DNA from: Botryllus schlosseri
Lineage: Eukaryota
Length of the DNA: 64,000 bases
NCBI GenBank assembly: GCA_051294905.1
Contig: CM119371.1
Coordinates: 22,756,001 to 22,820,000, forward strand
Reading direction: 5' to 3'
Shown here: piece by piece, positions 13,901 to 27,700 of the stretch
How the letters are laid out: the number at the start of each line of letters is the position of its first letter
Numbering within the stretch: position 1 is the stretch's first letter
Notes under the pieces: model-generated
What the model saw: the letters and a program-made list of their open reading frames with translations, nothing else
Databases searched by the model: none
What the model was told of the DNA's origin: nothing
Position numbers and translations under genes: made by a program

Positions 13901-14413
13901 TTTAAAACATATTATTTTAATGTTTTTGATGTAAACGAAAAATGAGCGGGAGTATCTCAGAGGTAAATTCCACCACTTTGATACAAACCGGTTCAGGTCC
14001 CGAGTCCGACCGAAGTGGTTGACTTGATTGTACTTTTATGTTGGATGTTTATCTAGGATTCGCATCGCCATCGTATCCGCATAAGCGATGTCTGACAAAA
14101 TCCAGGACCGAAGGTTGGTCGTGAACTCGTCGGCAGCTCAGAGTATTACAGGAGTATTACCTGGACCGCACAAATAATCCAACGACTCGACCATTGTTAC
14201 GTCATGTGTACATTGTGTCAAAATGAATCCGTTACACTGCATCATTGTTGAAATACTTTTTCCCACGTGATCCAACCCAACACTGGTTTCATTTAAACAT
14301 GTCAGAGCTCCCGCAACTAGGCTAGTACGTGACCTGCGTAGAAAACAGGCTAAAGGAAGACGTCGATAGCTCCTTATCACACACGACAGCTTCACATAGG
14401 ACCTACTAAGTAC

Positions 14414-14840
14414 CAGAGATGAGCGGATTTGGAATTTCTATGTCCTAATCCAATCCAAATCCGAACCTTCAAATCCAAATCCAAATCCTAATCCAAAACA
14501 TTTCCATATTCAAGTCCATGTCCAATCCTAATCCGATTCCAACTGGAAATTCAGAAAAAATACTAATTTATGCAATGGAAGGATTTGAAAATTTTCTTTC
14601 ACAACCAACGATTCACTTGATTCAAGATAACTTAGTAACCATAAGTACAATAATAACTGATCTGAATAAAGTTTGTCGCCATTCGCCACACGACATTTCG
14701 ATCCCCCAGAAAATAGGTTAATCCAATCCAAATCCTAATCCGTTCTGAAAAAAATGTCTAATCCAAATCCAATCCAAATCCGAAAAAATTTCGCAAATCC
14801 TGTTTTTTCAAAACCTAATCCTAATCCATGCTCATCTCTG
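14414..14840 (+). mobile_element. hAT MITE with AATCC-rich subterminal repeats
   Basis: Perfect 11-bp TIR CAGAGATGAGC and perfect 8-bp TSD CTAAGTAC (14406-14413, 14841-14848). Confidence 0.92.
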
Positions 14841-15029
14841 CTAAGTACTTACCCACCGAGAGAACTCTATCATAATCCGTCTTCAGTCAGATCAGTACAA
14901 ACTAAATACACACCTGTATCGAATTCGGAAAGATCGTAGAGATGTTTGTGGCCAGTGTGAAGCGTCCGAAACATGGCAGCACTCCACTAGACACACACAC
15001 ATCGCTCTGTAATTGACTATACGGCCTAT

Positions 15030-15600
15030 GATAGCAGCGTAGCCGGCATTTCGGTCGAATACAACCCTTCGGTTGCAACCAAGAATAAGCCAACACTTCG
15101 CCAAGAAAATTAGAAAACCAGACTCAACTGGTATTTCTGATACTAAATCACTGACTGTAACAATCCTCGCTTGCCTGACTATGACCAGACCATGTCGCAT
15201 CTAACTCTGCAATGCGTAAGGACATTTTTACGCATACTTGGTGTGCAAAAAAACCTTCATGGTAAACAATTATTATCAAATCTTGTCATTTAATTTAAAG
15301 CTTTTCAAATAGTCTATCATAAAATCGTTGAAGAAAGAACCGGCTCTATTCTCTCTGTGTATTTCATTATTGTTTTGTGTTATTATATATAGCCAATATG
15401 TATTTGTATTATTGCTTACGCGATAAACACTCACGTTTGGTACATCTCTAATTGTTGTTTATTACACTCCTCTTACATCCCACTATCTATTTCATAATTA
15501 AATTTAGAATTGCAATCACCATGTCTACTCACGCTCCTGATGAAAGTTAGTTGAAAAGCTCAGAGCTGGGATTCTTGAACTGGGGTCGACGCTATTGATA
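15030..15600 (+). mobile_element. Penelope-like retroelement remnant (GIY-YIG region and 3' end)
   Basis: Frameshifted GR/TTLRLQPRISQHFAKKIRK resembles the YxGxTxRxLxxRxxQH segment of GIY-YIG nucleases; 15330-15380 is similar to 41778-41830; hammerhead-like motif at 15533-15566. May extend upstream past the 14414 MITE. Confidence 0.55.
15533..15566 (+). ncRNA. Degenerate minimal type I hammerhead ribozyme motif
   Basis: GCTC-CTGATGA-AAGTTAGTT-GAAA-AGCT-CA-GAGC: stem I GCTC/GAGC, both conserved boxes and a palindromic AGCT, but C in place of the conserved U16.1. Confidence 0.5.
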
Positions 15601-16994
15601 TTGTGATCTATATTACAGTTTTTGCGGAAATGATTCATAAATCTGGAAGACAGTATGTATTTCTTCGCCAATTACAGGATGTGTTCTAGTCTTGAAACAT
15701 TAGTACAGGGGTGGTCAACCTTTTTGCTATTCAAGGTGTTATCGATGCGATCCGCAAAGTTTATGTCCGTCTATCCTAGGGTACCATATATTCGTGGCCT
15801 AAATTCCCTACAAACTTTAGCGCCTCCTAGCGGGTTTCAAACCACTGGCAATGCTGTGAATATTGATTATTATATACCAAAGTGTAACTTTGTATTATAT
15901 CCCATGATTTAGCTAGACTATTCGGCCCTCACGAATTTGAGATCCTGTGGTTGCTAGGGACGGTATTTTCATTTGGTACGCAATAGACTTCTTTACGGGC
16001 CGGAGAAAATCGTTTGGCCCGCCAACTTGTCTCACTTTTAAGCCAACTCCCTCCCCTCTAAAAAATGAAACTGATCTGGGGCCCACCACAAGGTGATCGA
16101 TGGGACCTTCTTGTGTGCTTACTATATGAATCTGGTTTCTATGTGCACCTGGTTCTTAAATTTCGTGAATAAGCTCATTTTTCATTTTTCTTCTTCTTTT
16201 TCTTGATACGGCCGGAGACGGACCAGAAAATTTGTCGATCAGCTCCGCATTAATGGCGACCCTACTCTATATATATGAATCACTTAAATTCGTGGATTAT
16301 ATACAGATGTCGGATTCCTGTATGCGCATAACAGCTCATCCATCACTTGATGTACTCGTACATACCCTAATAGAGTTGAAAGAAATGAATATTGTATTAG
16401 ATTAACTTGAATTATATACACACAACATGTCGCGACATCGAAAGGTAACACCCCTGACTGACGTTTGCATATGAGCAGAAATGTGGATAAATAGCAGGAA
16501 TGAGAACCTCTGACGTCACGTGATGTCAATAAGTTGCTAGTTCCGAACACTCAGTGCCTGCAAACAATAATCGAGAGACCAAGTGGATATCTGTAATCAA
16601 AAACGTCATGGTGCCGTGGTTAACTCTTTCAAAATATAGATTTGGATTGCAATGAAAAGCGTCTTTTCCATTCGGATCACGTCCCTGTTATGTACTGGGT
16701 TTTGGTGGAGCATAGTATTCATTAGTCAGGGAATCCTTGGCGCAATTCGTAAGGTGTCACTCACAAGTCACAACTTTGTGTATATGCTATATTACAGGAT
16801 TTTATAGTAATTCGTTGAAGAGTTGGATCAATTACAATAATTCAGTTCAATTACAATTCCAATGACAATTATAAGTACTACCTTGGATTTAGATGTTGCA
16901 TGCTCGGCCTACGAGTGTTTTTCTTCACAAACTGGTTACTGATGAGGACGATCCACTTCTATATTATATCCATGATTCTTCGGTCACTATATGA

Positions 16995-17302
16995 CAGTGG
17001 TTCTCAAACTGGGGGTCGTGGAAGCATCTGAATGGAGGCGCGAAGCCGCAGTAAACTGATTTTTTTTTTCGCGCTGGGCGCGATTTGCCTCCAGTTCATG
17101 GTTATTGTTCTGTCTATTGTCCATATTTAATATTTGATCATTTTCTTATCTACAAACTTAACCTTCAATGCCATCAAAGTATCCGTTGGGACTGCTAGCA
17201 TTCTAATATATCTTGAATATTTTTTTGATATCATGATAAAGAGGGCGCGAAGTTCTTCAATATCATAAAGGGGGCGTGTTCAATAGAGTTTGACAACCAC
17301 TG
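16995..17302. mobile_element. hAT MITE
   Basis: TIRs CAGTGGTTCTCAAACT / AGTTTGACAACCACTG; perfect 8-bp TSD CTATATGA. Confidence 0.88.
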
Positions 17303-18907
17303 CTATATGATTAACTAACAATATTGCCTTTTGGATAGTAATCTCAGATTATAAAAGTGCGGCCCGCGAATGGATTTAAATGTTGTATGCGGCTCGCGAA
17401 CCCAAAAGTTTGCCCACTCCTAGCAAACCTAGAGAGGCTTGGGGTGCGCTATTCTACTTGTTTTAGGGTAGGCTGCGCTGCGCTATCACTTGACTGTTTG
17501 ACTTTATTTCCGCATTACATTGTTTTCTAGCTGCGTACCGACAAAATGCAATTTTCAGCGGCCTCGCCATGCCGGCCGTTCATGAAATTAGAAATTACCA
17601 AATTAGACAGCTCTACAGGAGATGACAACGAAATGCTGTCTTATCGGTTTCAAACCTAAAGAACATAGAACATGTATGCACGATCGGTTGAATAGCAAAA
17701 AATAAACGGAACATGAAGATATTCTGCAATATTAAACTGTGTGATTAACTGGTTATACATCGGAACCTCGGTAATACATTGGAACCGTAGAATCTCACAC
17801 CCTAGTAATTTTAAAAAAATCGTGCATATAAATGAAACTTTTTACAGCAACTTCTGGTAAAATTGAGTGTAAATTTCCCACGATTTTAGCGCAACAAAAT
17901 TTGCCGCACTGACACTGAACGTTAATATAGGACCAGTACAAGCACTTAAAAGTGATGGAAACAGTCTTTTTATTATTAACAACAGCAGTAACCTGATAGG
18001 TGAACCAAATTCTCCACAATCCCTATAATTATGACATTACAAGACTCCACCATGTTTTGTATTGAATTTTCTTTGCTTGCTGCCACCGAGATGCAGCAAA
18101 TCATAGCAAATTGGAATCCTGAAAAGTTCTGCGGTTACCAAAAATTGTTGTCGGAGTAGAACATACTAAGATTCGCTTGCGAACGCGTAACTCCGTATTA
18201 TTCACACACAGAACACGTGTACAGAGCAAACGTTCGGACTATCCCAGGTAGACGTGGAGGCAACATATGTCCCATGTCCTATTTCCGGTAAGGCAGGTTG
18301 TTTGCGATGGTACGACGAAGCATTACAAGCGACTGATATTACGTGAACGGGATTGCAAGCGACCATTATACAAAGCATGTAGGCTACATTGTACACTTTT
18401 ACAATTTTTATTGAGCAGGCAACTGCATCAAAAGTAAAAAGTAACGCATAATTCAGCCTTAGGATGAATCTCGTCATCTTATCATATGTTCATAATAAGT
18501 AGCAATTTCATAGCGTCATAAAATAAAAGTTAAAGCTTATCCCGATTCCACATTTGATGCCCGCATTAGATTTGGAAGTGCTTGTGAAGGCTTCTAATGA
18601 ACGTTTCAATTTTTTTTCAAATTCACGTCCAATAGGACATATCATACACTTGGTAATCCAGCATATGTTGTTGCTATTGCTGCAGTTCGATATGAATTGT
18701 ATTTTTACTGCAGTGGTCATATACATTGAGACAATATTCCATCGTTATTATTTTTCATCTGCCGATTTGTAGCAAGGCCAACCTATGTTCTAGTTTTCTT
18801 TCTGAGCGTCTGTGTAACCACCAATCATATTTGGACAATGTCCAATTTAGTTTTATCCTTATGGACCAATTTCTTGTAGCGTTCGCCTCGGAATATCCGA
18901 AGGAAGG

Positions 18908-19146
18908 TCAAGCAACACGCGATTTCTTAAAAAACGATTTCGGCGGAATGTCTGGCAATTTGCCTTTATTTCCGATGCCTCGTTTCGTTTGCGGGACGGT
19001 TGCTCTTTCGTCGATCATCTTACGCAAACAGGTTGGGCCTGTGCTGTCCAAAGTCATATCAAATTTATTAATGAACAAATCTCTTGCTTTTATCACTCGG
19101 TGAACATCTGTAGCTCCGAGAACACATATGCCATGCCTCCATTCCC
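18908..19146 (-). CDS. Core-2/I-branching beta-1,6-N-acetylglucosaminyltransferase (GT14, GCNT family) gene A, coding exon 5 (last)
   Basis: ttttcag acceptor, phase 1; GEWRHGICVLGATDV...LFINKFDMTLDSTGPTCL matches the GCNT C-terminal CxGxxxxxICxxG...LFxNKFD pattern; ends in TGA. Confidence 0.9.
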
Positions 19147-20262
19147 CTGAAAAAATGCAAGAAACGGTATGTCAGAATATACTGGATTTAATGTACGTTC
19201 TAACTATTCCCGAGTCTGCGCGGGCTCACCAGCTCACTGCACGGTCTCTTGAAAAACAGTGTCACGACTAAACAAAATAAAGGTCATCACTTCGGCTTTT
19301 TGTGCGCGGGTTATAATGACTCAATTTTTGTATCGACTCGACTTGTACTCGAGTCATTTTGCATGACTCGAACCATGTCATATGACTCGGGAAAAGGACG
19401 GCCAAGAAAGACATGTGATTGTAACTTCGAAGAATAGTAAAGTTACCACATTATTGGTATTTCATCTATCAGTCCTGCTACTTGAAAAAATGGCGAGAAA
19501 CTGTTAAAACTGAGAAAAATTGCAACAATTTTTGAAAGCGAGCCATTTTATATCACTCGAGCAGAGTTGAAAAAAGTGGTTTGAAGCGGATTGAACTGAA
19601 ACTGAACAGTGAACATGATGACTTGAACTCTAACTCGAGTCAAAACACTATGACTTGAAGTCGTCTCTCCACTAGATGACTTGGACTCGGTGGTGAATTT
19701 AAAATGACTCGTCTTGACTCGAGGCAATTTATTATAAATTGTCGCTTTCCTGAGGAAATATACACCAACACGGCATTACACCGTGATGAATTGTGGATTT
19801 AGCGCAGCAAATTAATCTTTGGAGTCAGTCATAAAACGTCCGCCTTTGAAGCCATTGTACATAATGTAAGAGTAACATGAATTGGTTGTATTGGATTTAA
19901 TGTTCTAACATCGCAACTTATGAACAATACATCTAGCATATTAAAAAATTCATGCTCCACTTTTCTGTAGTATTCCATTCACCAATGAATTGTTTGAAGC
20001 GGGCCCATAATGGTTATATCATTCCCCACCATAGTGGAACTAAAACCCCAATCACACAGTGAATGCGAGGATTGGATCATTGGGCTTCGTGATTTGAGTG
20101 GATCAGGAAAAGTACACAAGAGTGTTTGGGCCGCTTGTTTGAGACCCCTGCTCATAGGATAACAGGTGGGCCATAGAACATTTTTCAATCCGGTAATGGG
20201 CCACGGTGAAAAGAAGGCTGCGAACCTCTGTATTAGGACGTGGACACTTTAAGTATAGTTGA

Positions 20263-20415
20263 GGTTTTGTTTGTTTTGTGGTATTCATGGTGTTCGTCGA
20301 CTACTATGGTCATGTACAACAGGCCGATATTCTTCATTATTTTCCGTAACTGCCGACTTATAGCACGGCCCACCTCTAGGCTTTTTGTAAGACACCACTT
20401 TTGCGGATGAGGTGG
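20263..20415 (-). mobile_element. 3' half of the tRNA-derived SINE, intronic
   Basis: Close reverse complement of about 31827-31985, including the AAAC-type tail. Confidence 0.8.
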
Positions 20416-20597
20416 AACACATCCTCATATTTTGATTTTAGAATGCCATTTGCATCCTCGTCTGCAGATTGCGAGATCGGCAGGCCTACTCCCATCACTA
20501 TAGGCTACAGATCGGAATGGAATCTAATGTTGGAAGGATCAACAAAACAGGAAGAGTAATATCTAATAGTTAGCTCTCAGCCTTGCATCCAACTCAC

Positions 20598-20926
20598 CAT
20601 TACACGTTGCATTTTTCCTGCCAAATCCCCACAATATTGTCCTAGCTATTTGGTATCCTGACGCCAACTGTGATCCCCCAGGCGCCCCCGGATATCTGTG
20701 CAACATCAACCAATAGTGTTCGTCAGGACTGTACGTGTCACTGCTCCACTCCAACAACGCTGACCCGACTTTACCACCCAAAAGCGCCCACTGCAGGAAT
20801 TCTCTTGTGTACAGATTATACGCGAGGCATTTGACAACAGTCATATTATATGGCGGAGCGGAATGAAGTTGATTTGTACAAACGAGACGTTCTTCCATTA
20901 CACCATCTTTGGTTATATTTGATAAT
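20598..20926 (-). CDS. GCNT-family gene A, coding exon 4
   Basis: ttgcag acceptor (phase 2) and gtgagt donor (phase 1); contains LLEWSSDTYSPDEHYW (SPDE catalytic-glutamate motif) and PGAPGG. Confidence 0.92.
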
Positions 20927-21109
20927 CTGCAATGTATATAGACGGTTGACTCCTGCCTCAAAATGTTTGTGTATATAGTGCGTTATCCATGTGATCACAA
21001 TATATGCCACGACTTTGATACACCGAATTTACAGTTGCTTTACCTCTGGAAGAAATTTGATTTGATTGTAAATTCACTTGTTACCACACGAATGAAATTG
21101 ACTCATGCG

Positions 21110-21502
21110 AGAGGTAATGCATGCCGGACCTGATGTGTGGAACAGTATCCCGCCGGCCATCCGACAGTCGACGAGCATGTCCACATTCAAGTCGAAATAC
21201 AAGCAATTACTACTAAATAAATACAGTCCATCCTCAAGATTACCGGACCACGACTGACCTATCGATCTCGCTTCCCATGACATGCCGCCCTATTTATTGT
21301 CGCTTTCTTTTTCTATACTATCTTCTTTACTTTCATTCAGTGTGCATGCCTCCTCTTTACATCGCCTAGGCCAAGGTGGGTGTCAGATTCCATAGACTGC
21401 TCCTTGTCGCTTCGACACCTTCCTGTCTTTTCATTGTATCGCATTTTTTGTGGTGTATTGAACTGATAAAATTGCTAATAAACCAATGATGATGATGATG
21501 AA
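21110..21502 (+). mobile_element. 5'-truncated CR1/L2-group LINE 3' end, intronic
   Basis: Reads HAGPDVWNSIPPAIRQSTSMSTFKSKYKQLLL, like the GPxxWNxLP...FKxxLK ORF2 C-terminus, followed by a 3' UTR, AATAAA and an (ATG)n tail at about 21487-21502. Confidence 0.75.
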
Positions 21503-21929
21503 TGTATGGTGTAGAAATATTCTTATAAACAAGTCGCCCTTTACCACTGTATCAGTGTTGGTATTACTCGCGTCATGACATGACTCGATTCAGGATTTTC
21601 GAATAACTTGACTTGACTTAACTCGACTAATGAGAAATGTACTATACGTACTCAAATTACAACCTTTTACATTACTGTACTTCCACCCTGAATTCTTTTT
21701 ATACTCGTATAATTGGTGAGATAATAAATTAATAGTAAAATTATATATTCCTTCAAACTACCCACTTGGGTACTATTCGGACATTTCGTTTCCCGCTTCA
21801 AGCCGTATTGCATCATATGGAAAATCAGTTATTCTACTTGCGAATGAGTAGGGATTCTTGGTTGGTGCTTCCAATTGAGAACCAAGAATTACTTATTTAA
21901 CCATATCAATAAAATACTAAATATCTTAC

Positions 21930-22054
21930 TTCCAAACATATTGTGTTCGTTTCCGTATTTCGTCGTTGATATCCGAATATCCACCAATGCTGTTAAACCC
22001 TTGAAGTTCTTTTAGCTGGCGAACTATTTCCAAATTCGTTCTCGAAGGAAAGTC
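21930..22054 (-). CDS. GCNT-family gene A, coding exon 3 (absent from ORF track)
   Basis: cgtcag acceptor and gtaaga donor; DFPSRTNLEIVRQLKELQGFN completes the INLCxQ/DFP motif; phases 0 and 2 fit the neighbouring exons. Confidence 0.9.
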
Positions 22055-22361
22055 CTGACGAAATTAACACGCAATTGGCATACTCTGGACCCTAACACTA
22101 AGATATGCCCATGTATATAGTAGTCCATTCCTATCTCTAGGCCTAAACTCATATGATTACTGTAGTTATATATGCATTGGTGTACTTGGGATGCATTATT
22201 AATCGTCCGAATGTTTCAAAAATCCTTCCAAGGCTGGGTCGAGTTCATACCAATCCACCTTTCTTGCGGTATAGTCACGTTCAAGCTATAAGAATTATCA
22301 CTGATGATTCTCGGAGATTGTATACTCTAACCTTCAACAATGTGTATACAAGTCGGTTCAC

Positions 22362-22719
22362 CTGGGAACAGAGGTTGATGAGGTACTTCCAAGAATATGT
22401 GTGTTTAGGGATTCGAAGTAAATCTCTCATGCAAGCGATATCGGCCAGCAATCTTGACACATCCGCATATCGTACGTTCTCACGTGTCATAGACACAAAG
22501 ACGTTGGGAAAACACTTTGCTGCTTGTAGCGCGGCCGTGTGTGCCGCAACAGATGACTTCTTATCGATGTGAATGCAGTGTATGTTGTGGTCCCGATAGA
22601 TGGCGCTGAGTAGGATTAAAAGTTGATTGACGTTTTCGTGAGCAAGGATGGAATAGGCGACGGGAAAATCCAGCTCTTCGATTGTCACGTCTGGCTTGAA
22701 GTACGGCGGGAATCTGTAT
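22362..22719 (-). CDS. GCNT-family gene A, coding exon 2
   Basis: tttcag acceptor (phase 2); EELDFPVAYSILAH...AIYRDHNIHCIHIDKKS...CFPNVFV...WKYLINLCSQ is the start of the Branch (GT14) domain; donor gtgaac. Confidence 0.93.
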
Positions 22720-24439
22720 CTGAAACAACATTTTTATTTGCAATTATCGATAAGTTTAGAAATTTATAAAATGATGAGTACTGCGTAAATCTTTGGATGG
22801 GCATAGGCGTTCAGAGTAACCAACTAACCATCCTTAGTAGGCCTACGCAAGTACAAGTGTCGTATACCTTCAGCATAATCGTATAGGTGGCTACTTTTAA
22901 AAACTCAGGGTGCATCTTAGCGACTGATGTAAAATGATGAGTGACTCTGCGAATTTTCGAAATTCATTTATCAAAATGCAGGGCTATTTTGCCCTCCTTG
23001 TATGGCAAATCCCCACATTAGATGGGCGCAAACACACCTCATAATCACTTACTACTTTACAAATATATATAAATATAGTTTTGCGCTGACATATTTTGCG
23101 TAGATTGAAATATTGATAAACATAATCACCTGAGTAAGTGGTGAATATTGACAAAATCCTGGGTTTGTAACCAAGTCAAAATTCAATCTCACTTTTATAC
23201 TTTTGGGTCGAGTCAAGTCGAGTCAATTTCTATTCACCGCCGAATCAAGTCCGAGTCCGGGTCAATGAGTATATGGTCGAGTCTGAGTTATAGTGTTGTG
23301 ATTCGAGTAAGAGTCCAAGTAATTGTGTTTACTGATCAGTTTTGACTTCCATCCTGTTCAAACCATTGTTTTCAACTTTGCTCGAGTGATATTAGAATGG
23401 CTAGCCTTCATAATATCGTGATTTTTCTCAGTCCTAACAGTTCTTCGCCCTATTTTCCAAGTATCAGGACCGATAGACGAAATACAAATAGTGTTATAAC
23501 TTTACTATTCTTCGAAGTTACGATGAAATGTCTGTCTTGGCCGTCCTACTCTCGAGTCATTTGGCTCTTTTCAAGTCATGCACAATGACTCGAGTACAGG
23601 TCGAGTCAATAAACAAATTGAAACGAGTCGAGTCATTTTACACATTTGTTAAAATGGGTAGAGTCAAGGCGAGCCACCAGTAATTGGTGACCCGAGTCAT
23701 TACAAACCTAGCAAAACCTACTTTTGAACTCCGGAAAAGTATAAGTACCTTGTTTATCAACAAACCTAAGAAAGAATTTGGTTACCAATAGCAGCCATCT
23801 GATTATTTATTTATAAGCTTGAATTCTCAGCTCAGCATCAGAAAAGCTCCGGAGACTGAACAGGAAGATGTGTATTGTGTATGTCACTGTTTCTAACTTA
23901 TAATAGCGAATACAGTACATTCTCGTATTTTTCCTTAACTAGCCGCGTCTCCAAACTAAGAAAGTGAGAGCGTTGTGGCACCACTGTGTAATAATATCGT
24001 TATTGAGAGTTTACGAAAGTATGAACGCGGGCCCCACAATAATTTATATCCCGCTTAAGATACCATATCGCTTGTCTGAATACAGCTAACGATTTCGTTT
24101 AATTTCTAATCACGGCTGCCGTATCCATTCTGAATCCAGGAAATTCAAATCCACGACACATTACACCGACCAACAATCGATGCCAACTTGAATCTTACTC
24201 CTGGCTCTCATCAATCCAAAATCTGGATTTGTACGCTGTATTCGTATCAATTTTAAAGACTTTTACTACAATTCCAAAACTACCTACTTTGATACTCCAA
24301 GTAAGTAGAGGTATTTTATTAATGTGCACGTCTACTTATGCATGAAGTGGATGTCAAGATATTCTCAGTGTTTATAATGAAGATATCCGGTGGATAATAA
24401 TCACTACATGTACACATGACAAAACAATGTGCCACTTAC

Positions 24440-24798
24440 CTACGCTTCAACAGATCACAGTTTTTTGCCAATCTTGATACCTCCGCGTCATCGTCGATTT
24501 CGCGCCACGGGATGACTCCATTTTTCCTCAGGCCATTTATATGAGTGATATTCCCGTTAATGACATATTGGCATTGGTCCCTCACCGATATACTTTCCAA
24601 ACTACGTCTACCCCGTGCTGATATATCCTTCGATAGGTACGAAATCCTAGTGCTTACGCGATCGTATTGTGAAGAAGATGCTGTTGACTTGATCATCGGT
24701 AAAACGACACGGGCTTCGTAAAAAACCATTAGGCCAGTCGTTAGGAGTAAAATAAATAACGCTGCTTTGAAACTAGTTTTCAACGTACACGCTGTCAT
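24440..24798 (-). CDS. GCNT-family gene A, coding exon 1 (type II signal anchor and stem)
   Basis: ATG, hydrophobic AALFILLLTTGLMVFY, two stem cysteines, gtaagt donor (phase 2). The five exons total 1410 nt = 469 aa plus stop with no frame break. An acceptor-like taacag at 24821 suggests an upstream UTR exon. Confidence 0.88.
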
Positions 24799-27700
24799 AA
24801 TCTCTCATTATGTGCCATTCCTGTTACGAGATGAAAATGATTAGTAATTTGGTTATGTGACTGATGTTGATTAATCATTGTATACTCTCATGAAGTAACG
24901 GATCCGTTATATCAGGGGTGGGCTTGCTTCATGGGCTAGCCATGTATCGAAAATCTTAGTTTTAAAAGACCAACAACCAATGAAATTTAAGCTATCGAAT
25001 AAAGTTCATTATTGGACGAAGACACCCGGCTGCCAGGTGATGGACATCAGGCTCATATGTGGTACAAGCAGTGCGGAGCAGTTCCTTCAAGTGCCGCTGA
25101 CCATTTAAGGAATATTTCAGCTCAGTAATGTTATTACTCCGTAAATCCGTCATTCATGGGTAACTCGTAGCACAGTTTCGGTGTTTGGCTTCGTAATGAT
25201 GCTTCAAGTTACTAGCTTTGTAATTTTTGAGGGAAAATTCACAGATTAGGCACAGTGGCTCACTTGCCTTATTATCACTGAATGCAAGCTCTTCCTCCCA
25301 ATCTGATTTAAATGATCTATTTTCCTGTTGACACTTTGTTTTCCTGCATTATCACTCAACGACAATTTCTTGGCCAACCGGTGCAGTTATTGCTAGCATC
25401 TACAATACAAAAGGAAGAGCTATTTTCATTTTTGTTTATTTATCATTGATTGGCGACCTTGACCATGCACCATTGTAGTAGGTGAAATGTTTATGTGAGC
25501 TCGATTTGAGAGTTTAATTGCAAAGTTCTTACGCTTTGTAGTAGTAGTAGCCTAGTACTTACCATCCCCTAAATTTTATAAGTGGTACGTAAAAACAGTA
25601 CGCGTATTATCAGTGCGTGATAGAATGAATCAATTTACAACGATGCTAAAAATGAACGATAGTATTGGTATCTAGAATCTGTCCTCCAAGTCTGAAATAT
25701 CGGCATTGTTCAGAACAATCGGGTAACTGCAAAACAATGGCCATAACAATGACCCGTTGCGACTCTCCGATTGTTCGAACAATGCCGATATTTCAGACCT
25801 GGAGGACGGATTCTAGGTGGATCAGTGCCTGTGATCATTATTTTAATTTATATTTTCGGAATCGGCGCAACAGTAGCTTTCGATCAAGACCAGATTCAAT
25901 AATTGCTGCGCTCGGGAGAATAGCCTTTGGATTGCCAGAAATCCTACAGTCGCTTACGCGAAACAATTCTCCACTCCAGCGTCGGCGAAGCGGAACGAAG
26001 ATGTAAAATCGGTCGTTGCCGCTCCATGTTTAATTTATATAGTCAGAGAGTCAAAAATGATGCCTCAGTGCGTAGCCACCGTTGCCTGATTTCAAACTAG
26101 CCGTCAACCATGACCGTAAACCGCGCGGCTCGCCAGATATCGAAAAATCAAAAATACATGAAAAATTTACATACGGGCGAGGTCAGTGAGTGGTCATGAT
26201 GGTCAAGTTCAAGATCAATACCGAATCGGACCCCTACAGCCCAGTTAATGGCATGAAACAACGTGGTATACTTTCTCTTGTCATATCCCACCATTTGCAG
26301 GCATAGTAAACAAGTTTATGACTCATATTCCGTCACGAACTTGGACTTGACCTTGACTATGTTCTTGAAAATCACCGAAGCGTGACCACAATTAACAAAC
26401 CCCTCAGAAAAATCCCCAGAACAAGGTTTGATGTTCGAAAAGGTGATAAATTACACAGCATACCGTACAAGTCGACTTCCGATGTTCTGGCAGAATTTCT
26501 GACTATATTTCCCATTCGGAATATATCTGGAGATTTTAAGCATGGGAATTTTCAGCCGAACTCTTCATGTAAGATCGTCGGTATTCCAAAATTGTCATGC
26601 CCTGTACCTTCAAATTAGGTATCATATAAATCTGAAGACAGTAGGATTTCCATAGAAACCAAAACCAGTCCGCTACGAAATTGAGAGACGAACTTGAACT
26701 TGGGTCACCAGTACCCCCCCCCCCCAATAAAAGGGTTAATAAAGAGCCACAATAAGGGACTTGTCTTGGGGTGATACACGGAAGCACAACCGGCGTCACC
26801 TCCGGGTTATAGCTCGATACGAATCGATGTAGTTGATTATGGATTTAATCCATTGGTCGAATTTTCTTGCCGAAGACCATGTGTTGTTGGATTTCAGGGC
26901 ACACATACGGGATATTCAATTTTTTTCACCAATAAGTGCGAAATTGATAGTGAAAGCACAGGTTGGTTACTACTTGCTTATAGAGCGAAATGCTAAGCCG
27001 TCATGGCGGGGGTATCTACCTTCGTATCCGTTGTTAATCGCACACCCGAATAGTATGGTCCACCGCTGTGTTCGCGGTGGTACGACGTCAGATACATATA
27101 GTGATGACTCGAAGAACGACTAAACTTCAACTGCTGCTGGCAAACTGCAGTACTGGTTTTTGATTACGAATAAACGAAAGTAACGATTATGAAATTATAG
27201 ATTAAAACAGCTAATATGTTCTACTGCAACTGTATGAAAACTCGGACTTCAAAAACGCTTGAGAATTCAATATCATCAAAAGGAGGTTGCGCTTTCCGAA
27301 TCATCTAATTTATCATTTTAGATCAAATGAAAAGCTGTCGGACTCACCTAATACCTTGCGCTGACTCATTTACATCGACTGACACAAGTTGAGAACCACT
27401 TAGCTATCTGATTTATAAGCTGCTACGCACATCAACACTCCGCCTCTTGTAAATTAATGGTTTCTGTGGCCTGTTATGTAAACATACTTACGCCCTTTAA
27501 AACGAGTGATATATGTTCGCGAGACATCAATTCGACTCGCCGCGGCAACGTTTCCTGGTGAAATTCACTTTGCGAAGTACTGATAGGGTGGTGAAACATG
27601 TGCTATTGAAATGATGACATCACTTTCATGTGAGCTGCTAATTTCATTTTGCTGTTTATTCGTGCGTTACGCTGGAACAGATGAGTTTCTGAATGTTCTT

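Noticed and set aside
16935..16970. CTGATGAG as a hammerhead core
   Set aside because: No downstream GAAA box or closing stems.
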